The position numbers and the translations under genes are program-made. The notes under the pieces were generated by a model. It searched no databases, was not told the DNA's origin, and worked only from the letters and a program-made list of their open reading frames with translations. DNA of 41,788 nt from assembly GCA_040235515.1 (NCBI GenBank), contig JBECKX010000217.1, positions 1 through 41,788 on the forward strand. The letters are read 5' to 3'. Shown in pieces: positions 1-9,318 of the stretch (within the stretch, counting starts at the first letter, position 1; every line of letters begins with the position of its first letter). The stretch comes from Candidatus Zixiibacteriota bacterium (GTDB taxonomy: Bacteria > Zixibacteria > MSB-5A5 > CAIYYT01).

Positions 1-22
1 CCGGTTTTCCAATCGGGAATGT

Positions 23-51
23 TTGACACTGGATTCGTTGAAGATTATTTT
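23..51 (+). promoter_or_regulatory. sigma70-type promoter of gcvH
   Basis: TTGACA (23-28), 17-nt spacer, TATTTT (46-51); GGAGG RBS just before the ATG at 105. Confidence 0.6.
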
Positions 52-104
52 AAGCGCACTGCAGCGGGGCAGGATAAAGACAAGGTTGCCTGAACGGAGG
101 AATA

Positions 105-485
105 ATGAGCGTTCCAGCGGATCTCAAATATACAAAAGAGCATGAGTGGATAAAGATTGAGGGTACGATTGCGACGGTCGGAATCACCGACTACGCCCAG
201 GGCGAATTGGGTGATATCGTCTTCGTCGAGCTACCCGAGATCGGCAAGAGTGTCAAGCAGATGGAGGCGTTCGGCACCATCGAAGCGGTCAAGGCGGTGA
301 GTGAACTTTACGCCCCGATTTCCGGTGAGGTCAAGGAGGTTAACACAAACCTTGAGGCCGATTCCTCTGTTATAAATAGTGACCCCTATGGTGAGGGCTG
401 GATGATCAAGCTGGTCGATTTTTCGACCGACGAGATTGACGGCCTGCTCGATAGCGAATCGTACCGCAAGCTGATTGAGGACTAG
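105..485 (+). CDS. gcvH: glycine cleavage system H protein
   Basis: KYTKEHEW, VGITDYAQGELGDIVFVELP, lipoyl-Lys motif IEAVKAVSELYAP, NSDPYGEGW. Confidence 0.97.
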   Translation: MSVPADLKYTKEHEWIKIEGTIATVGITDYAQGELGDIVFVELPEIGKSVKQMEAFGTIEAVKAVSELYAPISGEVKEVNTNLEADSSVINSDPYGEGWMIKLVDFSTDEIDGLLDSESYRKLIED

Positions 486-542
486 AACCCGAGTCGCACA
501 CAGATCCAAAGAGTGATCAGATAATCAAGAGTTGAGTAAAAT

Positions 543-1898
543 ATGACATACATTCCCCATTCCGATGGCGAACGCAGAGAGATGCTGGCGGCCATCGGAG
601 TTGACTCCTTTGACCAACTGCTCGAGGGCATTCCCGAATCGTTGCGACTCCGGAACAAGCTCAACCTGCCAGACGCGTTATCGGAATTTGAGGCGCTCAG
701 CCTGCTCGACGGTCTCGCGCGCAGGAACGAATGTGGCAGTGAGTACAGCAATTTCATGGGTGCCGGGGCATACGATCATTTTGTCCCGTCGATCATAGGT
801 CATCTCACCGACCGCTCGGAATTCAAAACCGCCTACACGCCATACCAGGCAGAAGTCTCGCAGGGGACCTTACAGGTCATTTATGAGTTTCAGTCATTGA
901 TCTGCCGCCTGACCGGGATGGATGTCGCCAACGCATCGCTTTATGATGGAGGCTCTGCTGCCGCTGAAGCAGTGTTGATGGCGCTCGCGCAGACGCGGCG
1001 CAACAAGATCGTGGTCTCCACGCTGCTTCATCCTCACTACCTCGACTGTATCAAGATTTATCTAGGCGATCAGGACTATGAAGTCGTGGTGGTTGAGCAC
1101 GACCACGGCACTGTGGACCTGGATGACCTCCAGGCAAAGATCGCTGATGCCGCCTGTTTTGTGATGCAGAATCCGAATTTCTACGGTTATATCGAGCCGA
1201 CCGATCGCCTGCCGCAAATCGTCAAGCAGGCTGGGGCGCTCCTGGTCGCGGTCGTCAATCCGATCTCGCTGGCTTACCTGAAGACACCGGCTGAGTATGA
1301 CGCTGACATCGCCGTCGGTGAGGCGCAGCCGCTCGGCAATCCGCTGATGTTTGGCGGACCCTATGTCGGGTTTTTTGCCACAAGAAAAGACTTCGTGCGC
1401 AGGTTGCCCGGCCGTCTGGCGGCGATGACGAAGGATACCAACGGCAAGCGGGGCTACTGCCTGACACTTCAGACGCGCGAGCAACATATTCGCCGCGACA
1501 AAGCCACCTCGAACATCTGCACCAACCAGGCGCTCAACGCGCTGGCGGCGACCATCTACCTGGCGATGATGGGACGCGAAGGGCTCAAGGATGTGGCGAA
1601 GCTGTGCGTCAACAAGGCGCACTACCTGAAGGATGCTCTCTGCTCGATTGAGGGCGTGGAGATGCCTTATGATCGCCCGTTCTTTATGGAATTCCCGTTG
1701 AAATTCAATGAGCCGGCGCGCGAGGTTTTCGATCGCCTCTGTGACAAGAAGATTTTTGCTGGCGTACCCACCAGTCGCTTCAACCGGGAGGATGACTACC
1801 TGCTCGTGTGCGCTACCGAGAAGCGGTCGCGTGCCGAGATTGATCAGTACAAACATGCTTTGCAGGATATCCTGGTAAGAGATGCCGTTCTGCCCTAA
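543..1898 (+). CDS. gcvPA: glycine dehydrogenase (decarboxylating) subunit 1
   Basis: FMGAGAYDH, TAYTPYQAEVSQG, GMDVANASLYDG, LQTREQHIRRDKATSNICTNQAL. Confidence 0.96.
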   Translation: MTYIPHSDGERREMLAAIGVDSFDQLLEGIPESLRLRNKLNLPDALSEFEALSLLDGLARRNECGSEYSNFMGAGAYDHFVPSIIGHLTDRSEFKTAYTPYQAEVSQGTLQVIYEFQSLICRLTGMDVANASLYDGGSAAAEAVLMALAQTRRNKIVVSTLLHPHYLDCIKIYLGDQDYEVVVVEHDHGTVDLDDLQAKIADAACFVMQNPNFYGYIEPTDRLPQIVKQAGALLVAVVNPISLAYLKTPAEYDADIAVGEAQPLGNPLMFGGPYVGFFATRKDFVRRLPGRLAAMTKDTNGKRGYCLTLQTREQHIRRDKATSNICTNQALNALAATIYLAMMGREGLKDVAKLCVNKAHYLKDALCSIEGVEMPYDRPFFMEFPLKFNEPAREVFDRLCDKKIFAGVPTSRFNREDDYLLVCATEKRSRAEIDQYKHALQDILVRDAVLP

Positions 1899-2250
1899 CT
1901 GCGACACGGAACTCAAGGGCAATGTCTCGATCTGTCCCGATTGCGGCGAGATGCTCGCCGAGGGGACGCTGGATGAGTTCGAGGAAGCGGAGCTTGAATC
2001 TGATGAGGCGATTTGCCTTTATCGATCCCGCTCCAGCGCCACGACCAGTGAATTGAGTGCTGCCCTGCGCGAGGCAGGAATCAAGTTCGTTTTCGCCAAG
2101 GTGAAAGGACCCGCCGATATCGACGGCGCGGGGGAACTCTACTCAGGCGATGAGATCGACGGAGAGTTCCACGTAGCGGAAGAGGACTACGAGGAGGCTC
2201 GCGAGATTACTCGCTCTCTTTTCGGAGAACTGGAAGAAGAAGAGCTTTAA
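1882..2250 (+). CDS. zinc-ribbon + DUF2007-like (putative signal-transducing) protein
   Basis: CPNC...CPDC N-terminus, 'LREAGI' and 'VAEEDYEEAREI' DUF2007-like motifs; overlaps the gcvPA end by 17 nt. Confidence 0.7.
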   Translation: MPFCPNCDTELKGNVSICPDCGEMLAEGTLDEFEEAELESDEAICLYRSRSSATTSELSAALREAGIKFVFAKVKGPADIDGAGELYSGDEIDGEFHVAEEDYEEAREITRSLFGELEEEEL

Positions 2251-2391
2251 TTGCAGCCCTACCGGCTGCCGGCAATAACCACGAATTTGAACTATTGGTG
2301 ATGGTGGCGTAAGCTGTTTGAGACTTGTCGATCGCGACGGCTGACGCTGAATGGTCCGATTAGACTTTCGCATTGATTTACGGAGGTTTTC

Positions 2392-2745
2392 GTGTCTGAA
2401 GATCATGAGATCGATGAATCTGAGAATGTACTGCTGCTGAAGACAGGCAACTACATGCTCGCGCAATTCCTGATTGGAGCGCTGGACGAAGAAGAGATTC
2501 CTTACCTCGCCAAGGGTTTGGGGGGTGACGATCGCGTCGGAGGGGGAGCAATCACTCATCGCGGCTTCAGTCCTCCCGGACTGGCAGAGATCTTCGTCAG
2601 CCAGGAAGACTACGATCGCGCTAAAGAACTGCTCGATTCTCTCGAGGGAGAGGATTTTGAGGATTTCGACGAGGATGAAGAAGAGGACGAAGAATTAGAG
2701 GATGACGAGGACGATTACTACGATGAGGATGATGACGACCGCTAG
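2392..2745 (+). CDS. DUF2007-like protein with highly acidic C-terminal tail
   Basis: GGAGG RBS + GTG start; 'ALDEEEIPY', 'IFVSQEDYDRAKELL'; about 30-residue D/E-rich tail. Confidence 0.72.
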   Translation: MSEDHEIDESENVLLLKTGNYMLAQFLIGALDEEEIPYLAKGLGGDDRVGGGAITHRGFSPPGLAEIFVSQEDYDRAKELLDSLEGEDFEDFDEDEEEDEELEDDEDDYYDEDDDDR

Positions 2746-2809
2746 GGAGCGTCAGCCGCATCCGCTCGAATCATCAGTTCCGTAACGGTTTCTTCGAGAA
2801 AGGCAAGTC

Positions 2810-3670
2810 ATGAACAGAGCCCTTGTACTGGCAGCGCTGATTGCCATCTGCTGCATTGTGTCGAACAATGCACACGCCAACCGATCGATCGGTGAACTTG
2901 AGTTCAAGGATAACCTCCAAACGCTGATTCAATCGGCGCAAGAGTCGGAAAAGTCGATCGTGCTGAAGTTCTATACCGACTGGTGTTATTGGTGCAAGGT
3001 GATGGATGACTCGACTTTTCCTGATGTCTACGTTCAGAAATTCCTGAAGAATTTCGAATTGGGGATGATCAATGCCGAGGTCGACACCGCTGTAGCCGCC
3101 CGCTATGGTGTGCGTAGCTATCCCACGACACTGCTGCTGAAATCCAACGGCGACGAGATCGACCGCTTTGTGGGATATATTCCCCCCGAAGAGTTCGTCA
3201 CATCAATACTCAATGCTTACGCCGGCATTGGCACACTGCAATACTACCTGGAGAAGCTGAAGAGTGATCCGCAGAGCGCAGCGCTCACTTACGAAGTTGG
3301 ACAGAAGTATCGTTGGCAGGGCGATTACGATGCGGCGAAGAATTACTTTGAGCAGGTCATTGCACTTGACGTCGGAAACTCGGAGGGCCTGGCAGCACAG
3401 GCATCATATAACATCGGGCATATGCAGTTCAAGTTGAAGAATTACCTGGCGGCGGTGGAGGAGTGGAGGAAGACAGTCGCGGAGTTTCCTGGTGCTGCGG
3501 AAACAGAGAACGCCGAGATCATGATCGCTTACTCCTATCAGTCCGCGCATGACTACGACAACGCCCGCAAGGAGTACAACCATTTCCTCGAGAAACATCC
3601 TGACACCGAAGAGCGTGAGTGGATCAATGAGCAGTTTACGAAGATGAATGAGGAAGCAAGCAAGAATTAA
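2810..3670 (+). CDS. exported thioredoxin-fold + TPR protein
   Basis: signal peptide, FYTDWCYWC active site, 'YGVRSYPT' cis-Pro loop, C-terminal TPR/BamD-like repeats. Confidence 0.85.
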   Translation: MNRALVLAALIAICCIVSNNAHANRSIGELEFKDNLQTLIQSAQESEKSIVLKFYTDWCYWCKVMDDSTFPDVYVQKFLKNFELGMINAEVDTAVAARYGVRSYPTTLLLKSNGDEIDRFVGYIPPEEFVTSILNAYAGIGTLQYYLEKLKSDPQSAALTYEVGQKYRWQGDYDAAKNYFEQVIALDVGNSEGLAAQASYNIGHMQFKLKNYLAAVEEWRKTVAEFPGAAETENAEIMIAYSYQSAHDYDNARKEYNHFLEKHPDTEEREWINEQFTKMNEEASKN

Positions 3671-3752
3671 GGCCCCAGGCAAATCGCAATAACAGATAGA
3701 GCAGCCATTGATCTGGCATTTGGCTGATCCGATTAGAAAGAGCTGAATAGAG

Positions 3753-5210
3753 ATGATATACCGCGAAGGCAAGACGATATTCGAAGAGTCCCGACCCGGG
3801 CAGAGGGGTTATACCGTTCCTAAGAATGATGTACCCGACCTGAATCTTGGCGAGACTCTCGGTGCCGATAACCTGCGTGCCGAGGATGCACAGTTGCCGG
3901 AGATTTCCGAAAACCAGGTGGTCCGGCACTACATCAGGTTGTCGTCCCTGAATCACCATATTGATAAGGCGATGTACCCGCTGGGCAGTTGCACGATGAA
4001 GTACAACCCGAAGGTGAATGAACGTGCGGCGGCCAATCCCGGCTGGCAGGAGTTGCATCCGTTCCAACCGGCGCGCACGGCCCAGGGCGCACTGGAGCTG
4101 ATGTATAAGCTTTCGCAGATGCTCGCCGAGGTGTCGGGCATGGATGGAGTCACGCTTCAGCCAACCTCCGGTGCACAGAGTGAGTTCTGCGGTATTCAAC
4201 TGGCGAAAGCCTATTTCAAGCAGAAGGGTGAGAATCGCTTTAAAGTGCTGCTCCCCGATTCGGCGCACGGCACCAATCCGGCTTCCGTGATGATGTCTGG
4301 TTGGCAGCCGGTGCAGCTCAAGTCAAGCGATGAGGGGATCTTGGATGCTGCAACTCTGGAACAAGCCCTCGACGATGACGTCGCTCTCGTGATGCTCACC
4401 AATCCCAATACTCTCGGCCTGTTTGAGCGCGATATCCTGAGGATCGCCGAGCTGGTACACTCTAAAGGCGCCCTGATGTACATGGATGGCGCCAACCTGA
4501 ATGCCCTGATGGGAATTACCCGCCCCGGCGATATGGGCTTTGATATGCTGCATATCAACCTTCACAAGACATTCTCCACTCCGCATGGCGGTGGTGGTCC
4601 GGGTGGTGGCGCCGTCGGGTTTAAGAAGACGCTGTCGCCATATCAACCCGTTCCGGTGATTGCGAAGAATGACAAGCAGTATTTCTTCGACTATGACAGA
4701 CCGCTCACAATCGGCAGGCTGCACTCCTTCTATGGCAACTTCGGCTCGATGGTGCGGGCATATATCTATATCCTCATGCATGGTCCTGATGGGTTGCGCA
4801 AGATATCGGAAACCGCGATCCTGAACGCCAACTACCTGATGCGCAAGCTGCAGGGGCGGTTCAAACTGCCGCATGATCATGTCTGCATGCACGAATTCGT
4901 GCTCTCCGGTGATAATCAGAAGAAGCTGGGAGTGAAGGTCACTGATATGGCGAAGCGGATGCTCGATTTTGGCATCCATGCTCCGACAACCTATTTCCCG
5001 TTGATCGTCAGCGAAGCGCTGATGATCGAGCCGACCGAGACTGAGAGCAAGGAGTCGCTCGATTATTTCATCAGTGTGATGGAACAAATCGCCAGCGAAG
5101 CGGAGAACGACCCGGATAAAGTCAAGGGTGCTCCCTACACCACACCTGTGGCGCGACTTGATGAAGTTGGGGCGGCGAAGGAATTGAATATCAGCTTTCC
5201 GATCGCATAG
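3753..5210 (+). CDS. gcvPB: glycine dehydrogenase (decarboxylating) subunit 2
   Basis: YPLGSCTMKYNP, PDSAHGTNPAS, PLP-Lys motif HINLHKTFSTPHGGGGPG, MIEPTETESK. Confidence 0.96.
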   Translation: MIYREGKTIFEESRPGQRGYTVPKNDVPDLNLGETLGADNLRAEDAQLPEISENQVVRHYIRLSSLNHHIDKAMYPLGSCTMKYNPKVNERAAANPGWQELHPFQPARTAQGALELMYKLSQMLAEVSGMDGVTLQPTSGAQSEFCGIQLAKAYFKQKGENRFKVLLPDSAHGTNPASVMMSGWQPVQLKSSDEGILDAATLEQALDDDVALVMLTNPNTLGLFERDILRIAELVHSKGALMYMDGANLNALMGITRPGDMGFDMLHINLHKTFSTPHGGGGPGGGAVGFKKTLSPYQPVPVIAKNDKQYFFDYDRPLTIGRLHSFYGNFGSMVRAYIYILMHGPDGLRKISETAILNANYLMRKLQGRFKLPHDHVCMHEFVLSGDNQKKLGVKVTDMAKRMLDFGIHAPTTYFPLIVSEALMIEPTETESKESLDYFISVMEQIASEAENDPDKVKGAPYTTPVARLDEVGAAKELNISFPIA

Positions 5211-5217
5211 TTAGACG

Positions 5218-5260
5218 TGTCGGGTTCGTTGCCGACCTGTGTAGAGCAGGGAACCCGACA
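5218..5260 (+). terminator. inverted repeat after gcvPB (terminator or REP-like)
   Basis: TGTCGGGTTC (5218-5227) / GAACCCGACA (5251-5260) 10-bp stem followed by a pyrimidine-rich tract. Confidence 0.5.
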
Positions 5261-5308
5261 TCGCTTCCTTCACTTCCCAATTCCACTCCTCTTCCATATA
5301 TTCCCTCA

Positions 5309-6622
5309 ATGTTCCAATTGAAGGAAGTCAGTTTTGCCTTCGACGCCGGCGAACCGGTCCTGAGGCATTTATCGCTCACGATCAACAGCGGCGAAAAGGT
5401 GTGCCTGATGGGCCACAACGGCTCCGGCAAATCGACGCTGCTCAAACTGTGCGCGGGGCTGCTGAAACCAACTGCCGGGGAGTTGCTGGCCGACGGTGAA
5501 CCTATCGCTGAAGCTCATCGCGCGGGCTTTATCTTTCAGAACCCGGATGACCAGATCGTAGGGGCAACGGTGGCCGAGGATATCGCATTCGCCCTGCAGA
5601 ACTTGAGGGTCGCTCGTCCGGAAATAGTAAAGCAAGTCGAACGGGTTGCAGAAGAGTTCAGCTTGCGTGACAAGCTTGATGCTGCGCCGGAGCATCTCTC
5701 GGCGGGCCAAAGGCAGCGCCTGGCGCTGGCGGGCGTATTTATAGCCGATCCTCGCGTGCTCCTGATCGATGAGCCTACGTCCTACCTTGATGATGCCGGT
5801 AGAGCCCACCTGCGCAGGATCATCCAGAACTCGCGCATGACCACAATCGCTGCAACCCAGTATGTCGAGGAAGCAACCGACTTTGATAGAGTCATTCTGT
5901 TGGACAACGGCGCGATAGTCTTCGATGGCGCCCCGCGTGATTTTGTCAAATCCGGATTCGCACCGGCTCCTTTGAATGTTCGTGAGGTAGTGCAGCCAGG
6001 TGGAGAGGAAGTGCTGCTTGAAGCCAAAGAGCTATCTTTTGCCTACGCGATTGATTCACCTGTCATTCGGGGATTTTCGCACTCGTTTCGTGGTGGAGAG
6101 ATCACAGCGATCATGGGAGCGTCAGGATCAGGCAAGACTTCTCTTGCGCTGTTGCTCGCCGGGTTGATAGAGCCGGATGAAGGTGAAGTGAAACGATGCA
6201 AGAATGCAGGTGTCGGTTTGCTGCTGCAATTTCCGGAACACAATTTCTTTGCAGACACCGTATTCGATGAAGTCGCTTTCGCGGCGCGTAACCAGGGTAG
6301 CTCGCAGAGTCAGGTGGCGGAGTATGTCAGGCGAGCGCTCGAACAGGTTGGGCTCGATCCAGAGCAATTCTCACAACGCAACCCCTTCACTCTTTCGGCG
6401 GGCGAGCAGCGGCGGGTGGCGATAGCGGCGGTCTTGGTGATGGAGTGTTCGATCTACATCTTCGATGAGATTACTTGTGGTCTTGATTGGGAAGGTCGGC
6501 AGTTGGTCGCAGAGATGCTGGTGAAGCTGGCTGTCCAGGGTAAGAGCATCATCATCTGCGGGCATGACAGAGCGTTGGCAGGTGCCATTGGGGCGCGAGT
6601 GCTGAAGCTGGCAGCAGAGTAA
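5309..6622 (+). CDS. ECF-type ABC transporter ATPase with two fused ATPase domains
   Basis: two Walker A motifs (GHNGSGKS, GASGSGKT), FQNPDDQ and LQFPEH Q-loops typical of EcfA1/A2, LSAGQ/LSAGE signatures. Confidence 0.85.
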   Translation: MFQLKEVSFAFDAGEPVLRHLSLTINSGEKVCLMGHNGSGKSTLLKLCAGLLKPTAGELLADGEPIAEAHRAGFIFQNPDDQIVGATVAEDIAFALQNLRVARPEIVKQVERVAEEFSLRDKLDAAPEHLSAGQRQRLALAGVFIADPRVLLIDEPTSYLDDAGRAHLRRIIQNSRMTTIAATQYVEEATDFDRVILLDNGAIVFDGAPRDFVKSGFAPAPLNVREVVQPGGEEVLLEAKELSFAYAIDSPVIRGFSHSFRGGEITAIMGASGSGKTSLALLLAGLIEPDEGEVKRCKNAGVGLLLQFPEHNFFADTVFDEVAFAARNQGSSQSQVAEYVRRALEQVGLDPEQFSQRNPFTLSAGEQRRVAIAAVLVMECSIYIFDEITCGLDWEGRQLVAEMLVKLAVQGKSIIICGHDRALAGAIGARVLKLAAE

Positions 6623-6733
6623 CGATGGCCTGATATTGCACTTCATCGGTCCTCCTTAGAGCCGGCGGCGCCTGCGGAAATCATTTCTCCTGCAGCGGTT
6701 TAGCAGCAATTAACAGAGCTTAACAACTTACTC

Positions 6734-6760
6734 GGAACTCAATTGTTCGATCTCCCGTAT
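6734..6760 (+). promoter_or_regulatory. ECF-sigma-type promoter
   Basis: GGAAC (6734-6738), 17-nt spacer, CGTAT (6756-6760), 25 nt upstream of the PDZ gene ATG. Confidence 0.55.
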
Positions 6761-6785
6761 TACCTACAGAAGCTACGAAAGGAGC

Positions 6786-7733
6786 ATGAAAGTTATGCAG
6801 TCACGCTGGCAAAGATTCATCATCGCACTATTCCTGGGTGTACTTGTGGTCGGCATTTTCTCGGTACAGGCGCAGGCAGCCAAGCGGCCATGGATCGGCG
6901 TCTATATGCAGGATTTGTCACAGGATCTTGCCGAGGCGTTTGACCTGAAGGCATCGAAGGGCGTGCTGATCAGTAGCATTGAGGATGGTTCTCCGGCGGC
7001 CACAGCCGGACTCAAGTCGCGCGATATCATCCTGGAATATGACGGCAAAGAGGTCCTTGACTCTGAGGACTTGATTGATCTCGTGCGGGAGAGCGAAATC
7101 GGACAGAACGTGCCGGTGGTGGTCAACCGCGAAGGCAGCGAGATGACATTCAATGTTGAAGTAGGCGAGCGGCGTGAGCCGAGTTTCCGCAGCGAATCTG
7201 ACTGGGGACCGGCACCGTACGCGTTTTTCGATAGTTTCCGTCGCGTCGGAATCGGCGTGTCGATGCAGACCCTGTCGGGAGACCTGGGCGAGTACTTCGG
7301 TGTCCCGAATGGCGAGGGTGCTCTGATCACAGAAGTGATGAAGGATTCACCGGCCGAGAAGGCTGGTCTTAAGGTGGGCGACGTGATCGTCGCTGTTAAT
7401 GGTGAGAGCGTTGAGAGTCCGAGTGATGTTTCTTCGTTCATGCGAGGGAAAGATCGCGGTGAGGAGGTCGAGATCTCGATTATCCGTGATCGCAATCCGG
7501 AAAAGGTTGCGTTGGAGGTTGACGAGATAGAGACCTACGGAATGGACAACTTCCAGATACCGGCGATTCCGAACATACAGATTCCCAACCTCGACTGGGA
7601 CAGGTTTCACAATTTCGACTATCATGGCACGCAACGAGAGAATGAAGAGTTGCAGCATCAGATGGAGAAGCTGCAAGAACGGCTTGAAGAAATGAAGACT
7701 CGTTTGGAGAGTCTGGAGAAAAAGGTTAAGTAG
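6786..7733 (+). CDS. exported tandem-PDZ protein (HtrA-like PDZ domains, no protease domain)
   Basis: signal peptide; two PDZ domains (WIGV...GSPAATAGLKSRDII; GIGV...DSPAEKAGLKVGDVI); C-terminal coiled coil; AAGGAG RBS. Confidence 0.85.
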   Translation: MKVMQSRWQRFIIALFLGVLVVGIFSVQAQAAKRPWIGVYMQDLSQDLAEAFDLKASKGVLISSIEDGSPAATAGLKSRDIILEYDGKEVLDSEDLIDLVRESEIGQNVPVVVNREGSEMTFNVEVGERREPSFRSESDWGPAPYAFFDSFRRVGIGVSMQTLSGDLGEYFGVPNGEGALITEVMKDSPAEKAGLKVGDVIVAVNGESVESPSDVSSFMRGKDRGEEVEISIIRDRNPEKVALEVDEIETYGMDNFQIPAIPNIQIPNLDWDRFHNFDYHGTQRENEELQHQMEKLQERLEEMKTRLESLEKKVK

Positions 7734-7806
7734 GAGTCGTTACTTATTTTTCAAATACAGCAGTATTCGTGAAGTAATAGCGGCAGCTATTTCCCATTAT
7801 CCAATC

Positions 7807-7837
7807 ACCGCCGGCGGCAGGCAACCCCGCCGGCGGT
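7807..7837. terminator. GC-rich hairpin between convergent genes
   Basis: ACCGCCGGCGG / CCGCCGGCGGT 11-bp stem, 9-nt loop. Confidence 0.55.
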
Positions 7838-7927
7838 TCCGCATTTATGGCAGTAACGCTCGGCTCGAGGCGCTGTTCTCGACTAACTGATCAGTTCGTT
7901 CGGTTGGAATAGAGGAGTGAGGGTGGC

Positions 7928-9148
7928 TTACGGCGCTTGCTGTGGGTTGAACAGACAGGGTGTCTGGCCGTAACCGCCCCAGAAGTTGATCAGCGCAACG
8001 ATATCACCGATGAAGAAGCGGCGGTTGCAGTCGCAGTCGGTGACGTAGATTGGACAGGGCAGGGGGAGACCCGCGAAAATCATGTTTACCATCAGCGTGG
8101 CATCGATCAGGTTGATCTTCCCATCTTCGTTAATATCACCGATTCGGTAGTTGTATTCCCATGCGCCAATATCCTCTCGAGCCCCACCAATCGGGTAAGT
8201 CTCCGGCAGTTCCTGACCGGCGTCGATCAGGTGGGAGGAACACTGGACTCTGAAATCGAGCTGCGCCGGATTGGAATAGAGCGGAGGTTTGTGGATATTG
8301 TGATAGATATCGGATGAATCGAGGTTGTAATTCTTCGCCTTGGTGAAATCACCGAGTGACGGTTCACCACAGCCGTTGAAGTCTTCCGGTGTATTCTCAT
8401 AAAAATTGCAGTTCTCAACCGTCCAGACCCCGCCGTCACACCAGAACCCTCCGGCCTCGAAGGAACTATTGCCGCTGATACTGCTGTTGATGATGTCGAT
8501 AAAGCTATTGGTTTCGTAGATCCCGCCGCCACGCGAATCGGCTGAGTTCTGATGGACGATGTTGTGGTTGAAGACTACGACCGCATTCTCCGAGGATAGC
8601 CCGCCGCCCTGGGTGGCTTCATTCGAATAGATGACCGTATTGGAGATGGCGACATTGGAATTGCGCACCGCGATACCGGCGCCCATCAGTGCACTGCAGT
8701 CGTGGATGATATTGTGGCACAGAGTCGGGCTGCTGGCCGCTGCGACCAATATTCCTCCCCCGGCAAAGGAGCCCGGCACGAGTGTGCCGATGCCGTTGCG
8801 GAGGGTAAAACCGCAAAGCTTTGTGCCGGCAGGTTCGCCCCGAGTCATGCGGACGACCGAACCAGAGTCCGCGGTTACCGGCATCGAACCATCGATGATC
8901 GTAGCCCTGATGCTGGCAGGATCCAGGTCGTGGATATAGTTCGAGGCGACCACGAGCCTTTTGCCGCGAAAACTGATATTCTCGAAGTATGTACCTTCTG
9001 CGACCAGAACTGTGTCACCCGGCGAGGCGGCATTTATAGCCGATTGTATAGAAGTAAATTCAGCAGGTACGTTGACCGTCCTACCCGCTGCCAGTTGAGC
9101 ACAGAGAAGTATCGCCGATATGGTGCAGAACAAAAGCTGTCTGAACAT
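7928..9148 (-). CDS. secreted right-handed beta-helix protein with C-terminal dockerin-like domain
   Basis: VPAEFTSIQSAINAASPGDTVLVAEGTY, repeated GGGI/N-ladder motifs, DIGAWEY, then GDINEDGKINLIDA...DCDCNRRFFIGDIVALIN. Confidence 0.85.
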   Translation of the reverse strand: MFRQLLFCTISAILLCAQLAAGRTVNVPAEFTSIQSAINAASPGDTVLVAEGTYFENISFRGKRLVVASNYIHDLDPASIRATIIDGSMPVTADSGSVVRMTRGEPAGTKLCGFTLRNGIGTLVPGSFAGGGILVAAASSPTLCHNIIHDCSALMGAGIAVRNSNVAISNTVIYSNEATQGGGLSSENAVVVFNHNIVHQNSADSRGGGIYETNSFIDIINSSISGNSSFEAGGFWCDGGVWTVENCNFYENTPEDFNGCGEPSLGDFTKAKNYNLDSSDIYHNIHKPPLYSNPAQLDFRVQCSSHLIDAGQELPETYPIGGAREDIGAWEYNYRIGDINEDGKINLIDATLMVNMIFAGLPLPCPIYVTDCDCNRRFFIGDIVALINFWGGYGQTPCLFNPQQAP

Positions 9149-9318
9149 GGTTCTCCCAATCGGCCAGTAATGTCGTGCCTAATGTACGCTATTTCGTGCC
9201 TCGATGCAACTTAATCGTTACAGTAGAGGAGGTGGAATTCAAGGCGGTGGCGTGCTGCCTCTTCATCCAGCGAGCCCCCTTTAAGTGTCAATCAGGCATT
9301 GCCTATCCGGGATCCCGC

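Noticed and set aside
1..104. glycine riboswitch upstream of gcvH
   Set aside because: No GGAGA...CCGAAG...CTCAGG/CTCTGG aptamer motifs, and the leader after the promoter is only about 45 nt
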